A DNA stretch of 64,000 nucleotides from an uncultured Methanosarcinales archaeon. GTDB lineage: Archaea > Nanobdellota > Nanobdellia > Woesearchaeales > GW2011-AR9. The translations under genes and the position numbers were made by a program. Each line of letters opens with the position of its first letter. Within the stretch, counting starts at the first letter, position 1. The notes beneath the pieces are model-generated. The model saw nothing but the letters and a program-made list of their open reading frames with translations, searched no databases and was not told where the DNA came from. Below, in pieces: positions 29,041-38,461 of this stretch. Location: the NCBI GenBank assembly GCA_964343575.1, contig CAYFJV010000001.1:1-64000 (forward strand). Reading direction: 5' to 3'.

Positions 29041-29649
29041 ATGAGTGAACTTGAACTTGTTGTAGTTGGGAAGAGTATTGAGTATCAAGGTATCTTTAGA
29101 GCTGATGATGTCTTTCGAGTGATTAACCGAGCTTTAGAAGAGAAAGGTTATGATAAGGCAGAGAAACGTTTGGAAGAGACGGTGACTCCTGAGGGAAGGA
29201 AATTGTACATGGAACTTCGCCCTTCCAAAGGGAAGACCGATTATCTTGTTTTGGCTTTGCGCGTGAAGATCTGGCTTGATGATGTTACTGAAGTTATGCA
29301 AGAGTTTGAAGGCAGAGCGCAGAAGTTTGAGCGAGGAAAGGCACGTATTACTATTGACTCTTACTATGATACTGATAATATGGGTCGATGGAATAAGAAA
29401 CCTTTCTTTTATTTTGTGAAGGCGCTTATCAATAAGATCTTTTATCAGTTCCCTGAAGAGCCTAAGGCCAAAGGAGAGTTGCGAGGAGATACAGGCTATG
29501 TCCATGGTCAGTTGAAGAAGTTGTTTGCAAGTTACCGTAAACGGGACATTGCTTTTCCTGCCGAAGCTGATATTCGTTCTCAGGTCGCGCAAGACCTTGC
29601 TGGAGTTGGGGAAGTTTCTGAGCAAGAAGTGGTGAAGCAAGGCGCTTAA
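29041..29649 (+). CDS. conserved-looking hypothetical protein (paralog of previous gene)
   Basis: Same motif series as 28499-29020. Confidence 0.8.
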   Translation: MSELELVVVGKSIEYQGIFRADDVFRVINRALEEKGYDKAEKRLEETVTPEGRKLYMELRPSKGKTDYLVLALRVKIWLDDVTEVMQEFEGRAQKFERGKARITIDSYYDTDNMGRWNKKPFFYFVKALINKIFYQFPEEPKAKGELRGDTGYVHGQLKKLFASYRKRDIAFPAEADIRSQVAQDLAGVGEVSEQEVVKQGA

Positions 29650-29652
29650 TTT

Positions 29653-30297
29653 TTATCTTCCCCTAATTGCGGTTTCTTTTAGGAGGAGTGCAAGTCTGGG
29701 AGAAGTTCCTCCTCGTTGAGCTACAATAAGGACCCCACTAGGGTTCCTCCCTTCTTGTGTAGCTCTTGTTGTTGCTTCGTTAAGAGTTCTTAGTACATCA
29801 TGATAATGATCGAACCATCTCCAATCTGAGCTGATTAGTATCTCTTCGTATCTTTGTCTGTTTGGATCAGTGAACCCCTCAAGAACGCTAGTAAAGAGTC
29901 TTCTCAGAGTGTGGTTTCCAACCCTTCTGTTTGCTCTTCCAGTGGCAAGGCAGTATCCTGGGAAACCAATTTTTCCATCTGGAGAGATATCAAGAGCTTC
30001 TTCTAAGAGAAGATAATTAAGATCAGCGAAAGAAGTGATTGGTAACTCTTCTTCTCTTTCTTGGTAGGCAATGAATACTCGTGGTGTTGGAAAACCGGTG
30101 ACTACTCTGTCCACTTCTCGCTCAAAGGCCTCTTCGTCTCTTATCTCCCCTGCCTCCCAATCAATAAAGGAAGGTAAGAATCTTGTCAGTCCTTCCTCTC
30201 GAATTTGTTTGTATGCTTGCCTGTCAGGAAGCCCCGTGAGCACATCAAAGGTGGCTAAGCGAAGTGTTGCATCTAGAATCTCTAAATAATTTGGCAT
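29653..30297 (-). CDS. hypothetical protein (Lys-poor orphan)
   Basis: Long ORF directly downstream of mtaB; about 3 K versus 24 R from ATG 30297. Confidence 0.65.
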   Translation of the reverse strand: MPNYLEILDATLRLATFDVLTGLPDRQAYKQIREEGLTRFLPSFIDWEAGEIRDEEAFEREVDRVVTGFPTPRVFIAYQEREEELPITSFADLNYLLLEEALDISPDGKIGFPGYCLATGRANRRVGNHTLRRLFTSVLEGFTDPNRQRYEEILISSDWRWFDHYHDVLRTLNEATTRATQEGRNPSGVLIVAQRGGTSPRLALLLKETAIRGR

Positions 30298-30340
30298 GTC
30301 TTGAAGGTGAGAAGAGTAACTTAAAATTTTTTCCAAAAAA

Positions 30341-31714
30341 CTAGTTGTTGATCACTTGTAATTTAATAGTTTGCTCTTGTGCTGCAAGCCTTATTCTTTT
30401 TTCTTTGTTAAGATCTTCAGCGTAAAGTGCAAAAGTATCTGTTCGAGTAACTTTCACTTGTACTTTTTCTCCTAATTTGTAATGAATTGAAGTGTCTTGT
30501 ACATTGTTTGTTTGATTTGTCTCAAGAATAATTTGTTTATAATACTCGTTTCTGCCAATCCACTGGCCCGGTTTTTTTCCTTTCTCATCAATAATGATCT
30601 CTCCTTGCCAGTCTTGCCACTTTTCATTTTGCAGTCTTGCAATGTTATGAAAGATGTCAGTGAGTACTTTTGATCTTCTTTTGATCTCCGCCCCCTCAAC
30701 TTTATTTTTCATTCTTGCTGCAGGAGTGTTTGGTCTTGGCCAAAATCTTGAAATATTCACAGCATCTGGGCTTGTTTCTCTTATGAGGTTGAGCGTTTGC
30801 CAGTATTGCTCTTCTGTTTCTCCGGGAAAGCCAACAATGACATCGGTCATAATGGTGATGTTTGGCATTGCTTTTTTGAAAGCTTTGATCTGTTGTCTGT
30901 ATTGCTCCACTGTGTAAAGACGCTTCATGTTTTCTAGAACGCTGTTATCTCCTGCTTGGACAGGAAGATGGAGAAATTTGAAAACCTTTGGGTGTTGATA
31001 TATTTGAATGAGTTCATTTTGAATCTTTGGCATGTGGTCTGGGTTCATCATGCCAACTCTGATCTTGAAGTCTCCTGAAATTTCTGTTAGTGCGCCAAGG
31101 AGAGTTGGCAAGTTTGTTTGGATATCAAAACCATAGCAGCCTGTATCTTGAGAAGTAAGCCAAATCTCTTTTACTCCTTCTTGTACTGCCTTTTTTGCTC
31201 GTTTGACAATATCTTCTACTGGGTAAGAGATAAGGTTTCCTCTTGCTGATTTTGTCTTACAAAAAGTACAATAACCAAGACAACCTCGGTTGATTGGGAT
31301 AATCTCTACAATTGGATTTTTTCTGTGCACGGGAAGATCTAATGGAGGAATTTCTTCGTTGCTGATCTCTCTTACAATGTTTTCATGTAGTGCTTCCTCT
31401 ACGACTTCTACAATTTTATGAATACTCTTGGTCCCGATGAGTGGATGTCCCTTGAGCTTTTTGTTTTTGCTATCTGCTTGAGCAATACAGCCAGCGATGA
31501 TGACAATCTTATATCCATCTTTGAGTTCTTGGAGCCTTTTGAAAAAAGAATTTTCGCTAGGGGTTTTTACTGTGCAAGTGTTGAAAATGATGACATCTGC
31601 CTGCTCAGAAGAATCAGTTATTTCAAAATCAGCTGCCTTGAGAAGACCCGCCATTTGTTCGGTATCAGCAACATTTGCAGAGCAACCTTGGGTCTCAAAG
31701 TAGACTTTTACCAT
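30341..31714 (-). CDS. mtaB: tRNA t6A37 methylthiotransferase (archaeal MtaB/CDKAL1-like radical SAM)
   Basis: ETQGCSAN, NTCTVK, AGC, CLGYCTFC and IVGFPGET; C-terminal TRAM domain. Confidence 0.9.
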   Translation of the reverse strand: MVKVYFETQGCSANVADTEQMAGLLKAADFEITDSSEQADVIIFNTCTVKTPSENSFFKRLQELKDGYKIVIIAGCIAQADSKNKKLKGHPLIGTKSIHKIVEVVEEALHENIVREISNEEIPPLDLPVHRKNPIVEIIPINRGCLGYCTFCKTKSARGNLISYPVEDIVKRAKKAVQEGVKEIWLTSQDTGCYGFDIQTNLPTLLGALTEISGDFKIRVGMMNPDHMPKIQNELIQIYQHPKVFKFLHLPVQAGDNSVLENMKRLYTVEQYRQQIKAFKKAMPNITIMTDVIVGFPGETEEQYWQTLNLIRETSPDAVNISRFWPRPNTPAARMKNKVEGAEIKRRSKVLTDIFHNIARLQNEKWQDWQGEIIIDEKGKKPGQWIGRNEYYKQIILETNQTNNVQDTSIHYKLGEKVQVKVTRTDTFALYAEDLNKEKRIRLAAQEQTIKLQVINN

Positions 31715-31878
31715 TTTCGTTTATTTGAGAGAGGTATTTAATAAGATTTTTGCCTTGCTTTGGGCGTTTGGGGATGATAGTTGTGGGTTAGTTAAGGATG
31801 TTGTCTCCAACATTTTTGTTACTGAATAGGGATTCTAGTTGCCGAAAGCTTATAAAGTTCTTTCTTGCCTGGGAACTT

Positions 31879-32424
31879 ATGGGGAAGTTGTGTTCATGGC
31901 AGTTAGTGCTTCAGGCCTTTTCTTTTGTCTTTGTTTTCTTTTCTTTGGTGCTTTTGTGCTCTTTATTTTTAGTCTATGGGCCCTTGGCTGCCTTTGGAGT
32001 AGAAGCAGTTGATGGTAAGGCAAGACCCTTTAGTTTAGGCCCTGGTTTTTCTGGTGGAGAAGAGCTTGCTAGTCCCGGAGATTGGGTTTTGGAGGAAGAT
32101 ATTCTTGTATACAGTAATCGAGTAGTTTTGGATATAGATGGAGCAAGTTGGGCTTCTTTTACAAATACGAACTCTATGGATCCTTTTTTAGATGAGACAG
32201 CTAATGCCATCGAGATTTTACCTGAAGATCCTTTAGATATTCAAGTGGGTGATGTAATCTCTTACGAGAGTGAGTTTGGAGTTATTATTCACCGGGTTGT
32301 TGAGGTTGGAGAAGATTTTGATGGGGTTTACTACATTGTTAAGGGAGACAATAACGCAGTGAAGGATCCTGTAAAAGTACGTTTTGATGATGTGGTTGGA
32401 GTCTTGGTAGCAATTGTTTACTAA
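31879..32424 (+). CDS. S26 signal peptidase I-like protein
   Basis: N-terminal TM, TNSMDP, VGDVISY, IIHRVV and KGDNN. Confidence 0.8.
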   Translation: MGKLCSWQLVLQAFSFVFVFFSLVLLCSLFLVYGPLAAFGVEAVDGKARPFSLGPGFSGGEELASPGDWVLEEDILVYSNRVVLDIDGASWASFTNTNSMDPFLDETANAIEILPEDPLDIQVGDVISYESEFGVIIHRVVEVGEDFDGVYYIVKGDNNAVKDPVKVRFDDVVGVLVAIVY

Positions 32425-32536
32425 ATGTTTGTTTCTTCAACTCTCTTCTTTTACAAAAGATTAATAAGGGCTTGAAACTTTGTTTTGGAGAAGGGGTTTT
32501 GCTTTGTTTGTTTTACTCTTAGATAAAGAGGTTTAG

Positions 32537-33787
32537 GTGATGGCTGTAGATTTGCTGGTTCTTCAACATGTACTTGTTGCACTTGCTCTTGGTATTCTCA
32601 TTGGACTTGAGCGAGAGTATGCTCAGCATAAGAAGAGGACTCATGAATTTGCTGGTATTCGTACCTTTCCTCTGATTGCACTTTTTGGAGCCTTGTCTGC
32701 TTACTTTGGAGATTTATACAGTCCTTGGATTTTGGTTTCAAGCATTCTTGTGATTGGCGCGCTTATTGTTGCAGCCTACATGGCAGTGAATAAAAGGAGT
32801 TCAAAATACCATGGGACAACTTCAGAAGTTGCTGCTTTACTTACTTTTTTCATTGGAGTTTTGAGTTATTACGGAGAGATTACTTTTGCGATCATTTTGG
32901 CAGTGCTTATCTCAGTGATTTTGTATGCACGTTCTGTTCTGCATCGCTTTGCAGATCGAATCAAGCCAGGAGAGCTTCGTAGCACACTTATTTTTGCAGT
33001 GATTGCTTTTGTGATTCTACCCTTATTGCCGAATGAAGCTTATGGTCCTTATGGCTTGTTTAACCCTTACATTGTTTGGCTGATGGTGGTTTTCATCTCA
33101 GGAATTAGTTTTGCTGGGTATATCTTGATGAAGTGGTTTGGAGAGAAAGGTATTGAGCTGAGTGCAATCTTTGGAGGATTGGTGAGTAGTACTGCTGTGA
33201 CCACTAGTTTTGCTGCGCGAAGTAAGAGAAAGAAAAGTTTGTCTCATGCTTTGGTGCTTGGAGTTTTGCTTGCTAATGCAATAATGTTTATTCGAATTTT
33301 GATTGAGGTTTTTGTTCTGAACCGAGTTTTGTTTTGGGAGCTTTTCTTGCCTCTCTCTTTACTTTTTGTTCTGAGTGTGGTCATTGCTTTGATCTTGTGG
33401 AAGAAAAGCACAAAAAGTCATGGTGGTGTTGAGCTGGGTTCTCCTTTTACTTTAGCTCCTGCTTTGAAGTTTGGGGTCTTGTTTGCTCTTATCTTGGCCT
33501 TGGTAAAAGTTGCTAATGTGTATTTGTCATCTGGTGGAGTTTATTTGGTGAGTTTTCTTTCCGGGCTTGCTGATGTTGATGCCATTACTGTTTCGTTATC
33601 TCAACTTGCTGGGGAAGATCTTGGAATTGAGCTTGCACAACAAGGTATTATGATTGCTGCGCTTACTAATGTTGCAGTGAAAGGCGGCATTGCTTATTTC
33701 TTTGGAAGCAAAGAATTTGGTAGAGAAGTCTTGGTTTTGTTCTCAGTGTTGGTGATTGCTGGACTTGCTTTAGCTTTTGCTTTTTAG
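32537..33787 (+). CDS. MgtC/SapB family protein with DUF4010
   Basis: GILIGLERE..AGIRTFPLI, GGLVSSTAVT and GLADVDAIT. Confidence 0.92.
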   Translation: MMAVDLLVLQHVLVALALGILIGLEREYAQHKKRTHEFAGIRTFPLIALFGALSAYFGDLYSPWILVSSILVIGALIVAAYMAVNKRSSKYHGTTSEVAALLTFFIGVLSYYGEITFAIILAVLISVILYARSVLHRFADRIKPGELRSTLIFAVIAFVILPLLPNEAYGPYGLFNPYIVWLMVVFISGISFAGYILMKWFGEKGIELSAIFGGLVSSTAVTTSFAARSKRKKSLSHALVLGVLLANAIMFIRILIEVFVLNRVLFWELFLPLSLLFVLSVVIALILWKKSTKSHGGVELGSPFTLAPALKFGVLFALILALVKVANVYLSSGGVYLVSFLSGLADVDAITVSLSQLAGEDLGIELAQQGIMIAALTNVAVKGGIAYFFGSKEFGREVLVLFSVLVIAGLALAFAF

Positions 33788-34158
33788 AACAAGATTACTT
33801 TTGGTTCTTCTGACTTTTTTTCTTCTTGGTTATTTTTTGTTAGAAGATCGAGGTAACTATTAAAATCTGGTGCAGTGCCATTATCTCTGATTGGTTTTTG
33901 TTCAGCGCTTGCTGTTGTTTGGTTTGTAGTTGTTGGCTTGGAGATGTCGGTTGCTCCAAACATGCTAGTAAAGGCACTTGCTGCCTTTTGATTACTTTCT
34001 TCTGTGTTCTGAGAAATTGTGAGGCTTGAGCTTGTATTTGCGTAATTGCTTGTGCTGTCTGTGTTGTTTCTTTGATTTTTCGCTAGAAGGTGAAGGAGTT
34101 CTATTGCTTTGTGAATTTCTTCTTGTGAATCGTGTTTACTATCAATGGTGATTTGCAT
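33784..34158 (-). CDS. hypothetical protein with low-complexity linker
   Basis: MQITIDSKHDSQEEIHKAIELL N-terminus, S/T-rich middle, GGAAG upstream. Confidence 0.7.
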   Translation of the reverse strand: MQITIDSKHDSQEEIHKAIELLHLLAKNQRNNTDSTSNYANTSSSLTISQNTEESNQKAASAFTSMFGATDISKPTTTNQTTASAEQKPIRDNGTAPDFNSYLDLLTKNNQEEKKSEEPKVILF

Positions 34159-34249
34159 TAGTATCTTCCTCTTTTGGGGGTGGGAAGAAGGAGAAATTTA
34201 TATGACTTTGGGTTTTTGGAAAGGAAAAAAGAGAAGTTAGGTAGCTTAG

Positions 34250-35104
34250 TTATTTTGCTGCGATTCTTTCTCCTAACTCTGGAGCTACTTCTTGAATCTC
34301 TCTGAGAATACCGCTTCTTGCATTGGTGCCATAACTTGTTCCATCTCCTCTATAGACTCTATCGCACTTTCCTTTTTCCAGGAGATATTTAGAAAACAGA
34401 CGGTGTGGATCTGGTCCAAAAAATCTCTCATCAAGAGCTCTTGGAAACCTAGCAATAGCTCGTGTGCCCTTTCTTCTGAGACGTCTCATAAGCTCTACCT
34501 TAGAATTGTCATATCTCCCACTCCTGTTTCTTGGATCGACTACAACGATATCATAGTCACGTTGTTTGAGGAGCCCTCTCACATTTTTCATACGAGTAGC
34601 TACGTCTACTGCAAGATCTCCCGTGCTTTTCTCATTCCACCATTGGTGATAAATCGGATCTTCTTCTCTCTGAAGAACAAGAACTTCAGTGAGATCTCCC
34701 AAGGCAGAACGAACCTCCTTAAGCCCACCTATCCTACGTGCACTGGTTCCACTGAGAGAATCTTTGTCTAGTAAACCATCATAAAACCATCCGGGGTCTT
34801 CAGTGACAAATATAGGATCATACCCAGTCATAGCGATAACTTTTGCACCTACTCTTTTAGCAAGCCGTGACAAAGCGCCAGTATCTCTTGTACAAGTAGC
34901 TAAACTTTCCCTGAAAGGTGGCTCTGGTCCCCATGGAGCTAATTGTGCGTATAAGACGAGAACATCAGGTTCCATCCTTTGAAGTAAATTTCTTGCCTTT
35001 GTCGGAGATTGTGTTGAAACTACTTCAAACCCTTTGCGTCTTAATACTCTTTGTTCGTACATGCTTGGATATTTTTCAGCTATGAGAACCTTTCCTTTGA
35101 CCAT
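34250..35104 (-). CDS. protein with two degenerate receiver (REC)-like domains
   Basis: KVLIAE..GFEVV..A..LL....PDVLVL..VIAMTGY; second unit EVLVL..LLKQRDYDIVVVD. Confidence 0.55.
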   Translation of the reverse strand: MVKGKVLIAEKYPSMYEQRVLRRKGFEVVSTQSPTKARNLLQRMEPDVLVLYAQLAPWGPEPPFRESLATCTRDTGALSRLAKRVGAKVIAMTGYDPIFVTEDPGWFYDGLLDKDSLSGTSARRIGGLKEVRSALGDLTEVLVLQREEDPIYHQWWNEKSTGDLAVDVATRMKNVRGLLKQRDYDIVVVDPRNRSGRYDNSKVELMRRLRRKGTRAIARFPRALDERFFGPDPHRLFSKYLLEKGKCDRVYRGDGTSYGTNARSGILREIQEVAPELGERIAAK

Positions 35105-35326
35105 AGCTCAGATAGTAGTGTCTTTTTTTATAAAATTTCTGTGTTTTTTGAGAAAAGAAACAACTGTTTTTAAACAAATTATTTGTTTTTTAACCATTTT
35201 GCCAAGAAATTTGCCTCTTATCTTGGTTTGGTTTTTTGGGATCCTCCCGCAAGCCTTATATACAGAAAAATAAGCATTTCAGTCTAGAGTTGGCCCGAGC
35301 TTGGCCTTGAGTTGTGGTGTGATAAG

Positions 35327-36985
35327 ATGGTTTTTTCCTTGAGAAGAGAATTCAAAGATATCAAACGTTTTGAAAAGATTCTCATCACCCTTCTTGAAGA
35401 AGGGCTTGGCCACTATCTTCGCCGAGCAAAGTTGCATTGGCATTTGCCTTGGCATAAACAAACTATCTCTCACAAAAAGCTTTCTGATCAAGAAGAACTT
35501 GCTCTTCGTCTTCGTAAGTCTTTTGAAAAATTAGGTCCCACTTTTGTAAAACTAGGTCAGTTACTTTCTTTGCGCCCAGATTTGGTACCACCAGAGTTTG
35601 CCAAAGAGTTTTCAAAGTTGCAAGGAGCAGTTGAACCATTTGCTTTCAAAGAAGTGAAACGTACCATTGAAGAGGAACTTGGCCAACCACTTGATAAGTT
35701 GTTTAAGAAGTTTGAGAAGACTCCTTATGGCTGTGCTTCTATGGCTCAAGTGCATATTGCTTACTTGAAAAATGGTAAAAAGGTTGCGGTCAAAGTGCAG
35801 CGTCCTTTCGTTGAAGAGATGGTGCGCGAGGACGTTGATATCCTTTTGTTTCTTGCAAAGCGTGTGGAGAAACATTTTCCAAAGTTGAAAAATTATCGAC
35901 CAATTGATATTGTCAAAGAATTTTCTTTTTACACAAAGAGAGAGTTAGATTTTCGTATTGAAGCTCAGAATGCAACCCGGCTTGCTTTGGGCATGAAAAA
36001 GAATAAGCGAGTGAAGATTCCAAAAGTCTATGAGAAGCTTTCCTCACGGCGTGTACTTACTATGGAATTTTTGGAAGGTATTCGTTTTGATGAGCCAAGA
36101 AAAATAAAGCGAGCAAAAATAGATCTTAAGCAGCTTGCTCGTGACGGGTTTATGATAATTCTTGAACAATCCCTGTTACATGGTTTTTTTCATGCAGATC
36201 CTCATCCTGCGAACATCTTTGTGCAAAAAGATGGAAAAATAGTTTTCATTGATTTTGGAATAATGGGTGAGTTGAGCCGTGCTGATCGGCGTAAAATGTT
36301 ACAATTTTTCACCTTGATCCCAGAGAAAAGTGCTGAACGTAGTGTTGATATTATTCTTTCTCTTGCTCGAGAAGTGCAATTTGCTGATCTGCGTCAGTTT
36401 CGAAAAGATGCAACACGTATCTTAGAGGAAGTCTATTATCATGAAGTAACAGATAAAAGCGTTGGAAAAGCAGTTTATGAAGTAATCTCTCAGGGGGCTC
36501 GTCACGGAGTTATCTTTGATCCCAATCATGTGCTGATGGCAAAAGCGATTTACCAAGGAGAGGGATTGATGCTTAAAGTTGATCCGGATTTTAAGGTAGT
36601 TGAGGGAGTTGCTTCTTTTGTTAAGAAATATTTGAAGATGCAGCTTTCTCCAAAAGGTGTTGCTGAGCATGGCTTGCGAGCTGTTTGGGCTACAAAAGAC
36701 TTTTTAGAAGAATTTCCTGAGCATTTACAAAAAGTTATCGAGCGTTTGGAAGAGCCAGACCCACCGCAACGATTTGATGCAAGGCAGTTGCATGAGTTTG
36801 AAGAAGAGATTCGTAAGATGAACCGAAAAAAGAACATTTCTTTGGTAGCTTCTACTTTGTTTGTAGCTTCAATTATTTTGTTTAGTGTTGAGGGGAGAGA
36901 TACACTTTTTGGTTTACCATTGAGTGTTGTGCTTTTCTCTTTGGCCCTTGCTTTAGTACTTTATATGTTGATTAAAAAAATTTAA
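35327..36985 (+). CDS. ABC1/UbiB (AarF) family atypical kinase
   Basis: LGPTFVKLGQ, ASMAQVH, VAVKVQRP, FFHADPHPAN and IDFG; C-terminal TMs. Confidence 0.93.
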   Translation: MVFSLRREFKDIKRFEKILITLLEEGLGHYLRRAKLHWHLPWHKQTISHKKLSDQEELALRLRKSFEKLGPTFVKLGQLLSLRPDLVPPEFAKEFSKLQGAVEPFAFKEVKRTIEEELGQPLDKLFKKFEKTPYGCASMAQVHIAYLKNGKKVAVKVQRPFVEEMVREDVDILLFLAKRVEKHFPKLKNYRPIDIVKEFSFYTKRELDFRIEAQNATRLALGMKKNKRVKIPKVYEKLSSRRVLTMEFLEGIRFDEPRKIKRAKIDLKQLARDGFMIILEQSLLHGFFHADPHPANIFVQKDGKIVFIDFGIMGELSRADRRKMLQFFTLIPEKSAERSVDIILSLAREVQFADLRQFRKDATRILEEVYYHEVTDKSVGKAVYEVISQGARHGVIFDPNHVLMAKAIYQGEGLMLKVDPDFKVVEGVASFVKKYLKMQLSPKGVAEHGLRAVWATKDFLEEFPEHLQKVIERLEEPDPPQRFDARQLHEFEEEIRKMNRKKNISLVASTLFVASIILFSVEGRDTLFGLPLSVVLFSLALALVLYMLIKKI

Positions 36986-37032
36986 GAATTTGAAAATAAT
37001 CATGTGACCATCATTGTTATGGTAAAGAGGTT

Positions 37033-37488
37033 GTGAAAATGGATGAAACATTACGAAAAGCGATTAAAACAGGTTTTGGCTTAGGTTTGCTTACTATGGA
37101 TGAAGCAAAGAAGGTTGCTGAAAAGGTAAAAAAAGATCTTGGTTTAAATGAAAAGGAAAGTCGTTTGCTAGCAAAAGAGTTGGTCTCGAGATCAGATGCT
37201 GCAAGCAAGGATATGATGAAGGCAGCTGAAAAACATATGGACAAAGCTTTGCTTGCAAGTGGACTTGTTAAAAAGAGTGAACTTGCCGGTTTGAAAAAAA
37301 CGGTACGCAGCCGTGTTCGAGCTAAGATGAAAGCTGTTGGTAAGGCAGCAGATAGGAAAAGAGCTTCTCGGGCTAAAACAACTAAGTCAAAGGCCCCTGC
37401 GAAGAAGAAATCAGTTCGTTCTAAAACACTTGGTTCTGTGCGAAGAGGATTGAGAAGTGTTTTGGGGTCAAGAAAGAAAAGAAAATAG
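37033..37488 (+). CDS. phasin/PhaF-like protein with basic tail
   Basis: LRKAIKTGFGLGLLT.DEA..V..L...E...LAKEL pattern; K/R/A-rich C-terminus; next to the ABC1 kinase. Confidence 0.55.
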   Translation: MKMDETLRKAIKTGFGLGLLTMDEAKKVAEKVKKDLGLNEKESRLLAKELVSRSDAASKDMMKAAEKHMDKALLASGLVKKSELAGLKKTVRSRVRAKMKAVGKAADRKRASRAKTTKSKAPAKKKSVRSKTLGSVRRGLRSVLGSRKKRK

Positions 37489-37511
37489 TTTCTATTTGTT
37501 TAAAGTTCTTT

Positions 37512-37811
37512 TTATTCTTTGATTTTTACTTTCTCTTTTCTGAGCAGTTGCTTTTTGGTTTCTAGGCCTCCTGGTCCAGAATATCCTCCTAAAGAACCAT
37601 CACTTCTAATGACTCTATGGCAAGGGATCTCTGGCGCGCAAGGATTTTTTCCAATGGCATTTGCCACAGCCCTAGTTGCAGTTGGTCTGTTAATTTGGTT
37701 TGCAATTTCTTGATACGTTCTGGTCTCCCCTTCTGGAATGGTGAGCAGTGCTTTCCAAACTTCTTTTTGAAAAGGAGTTCCTTGAAGTTGATCTACTTGA
37801 GTTGCTTTCAT
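37512..37811 (-). CDS. ogt: methylated-DNA--protein-cysteine methyltransferase (C-terminal domain only)
   Basis: FQKEVW..IPEGETRTY..RAVANA..NP..IPCHRV. Confidence 0.9.
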   Translation of the reverse strand: MKATQVDQLQGTPFQKEVWKALLTIPEGETRTYQEIANQINRPTATRAVANAIGKNPCAPEIPCHRVIRSDGSLGGYSGPGGLETKKQLLRKEKVKIKE

Positions 37812-38461
37812 TTCTCTCCTTCCCATTCTTTGAAGAAACGATCTAAGTATTCTTCCATATACTTGTGTCTTTCTTCAGCAATCTTTTTAGCTGTTTCTGT
37901 ATTCATAAGATCTTTGAGCAAGAGTAGTTTTTCATAGAAGTGGTTCACTGTTGAACTTTGGTTTTTCTTGTACTCTTCAAAACTATTGTGCATGGTTGGT
38001 TTGCTATTTGGATCATATAATTGTCTGCTCTTGTTTCCACCATAAGCAAAGGTTCTTGCAATACCAATTGCTCCAATAGCATCTAAACGATCAGCATCTT
38101 GTACAACTTTTCCTTCCTTGGTGTTCATTGCTGATGATACATTTGCCCCTTTGAAAGATGCTCCTTTGATGATGGATGCTACGTGATCACAAATCTCTTC
38201 ATCAACATTCAAGGAGAGAAGCCATTCTTTTGCCTTTCTTGGCCCAATGTTATCGTCTCCACCATGGTTTTTGTAATCAGCAATATCATGTAAAAGTGCA
38301 GCAAGCTCAACTACAAAAGAATCAACTTCTTCTTCCTTTGCTATGTGCTGTGCATTTTTCCATACTCTGTAGACATGCCACCAGTCGTGGCCTGAACCTT
38401 CTCCTAAAAGAGTAGCCTTTGCAAATTCTGCTGTTTTTTCGATAATTTCTTCTTTGTTCAT
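37808..38461 (-). CDS. HD-domain phosphohydrolase (YedJ-like)
   Basis: GHDWWHVYRV, ALLHDIAD, QDADRLDAIGAIGIAR and HFYEKLL. Confidence 0.92.
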   Translation of the reverse strand: MNKEEIIEKTAEFAKATLLGEGSGHDWWHVYRVWKNAQHIAKEEEVDSFVVELAALLHDIADYKNHGGDDNIGPRKAKEWLLSLNVDEEICDHVASIIKGASFKGANVSSAMNTKEGKVVQDADRLDAIGAIGIARTFAYGGNKSRQLYDPNSKPTMHNSFEEYKKNQSSTVNHFYEKLLLLKDLMNTETAKKIAEERHKYMEEYLDRFFKEWEGEK

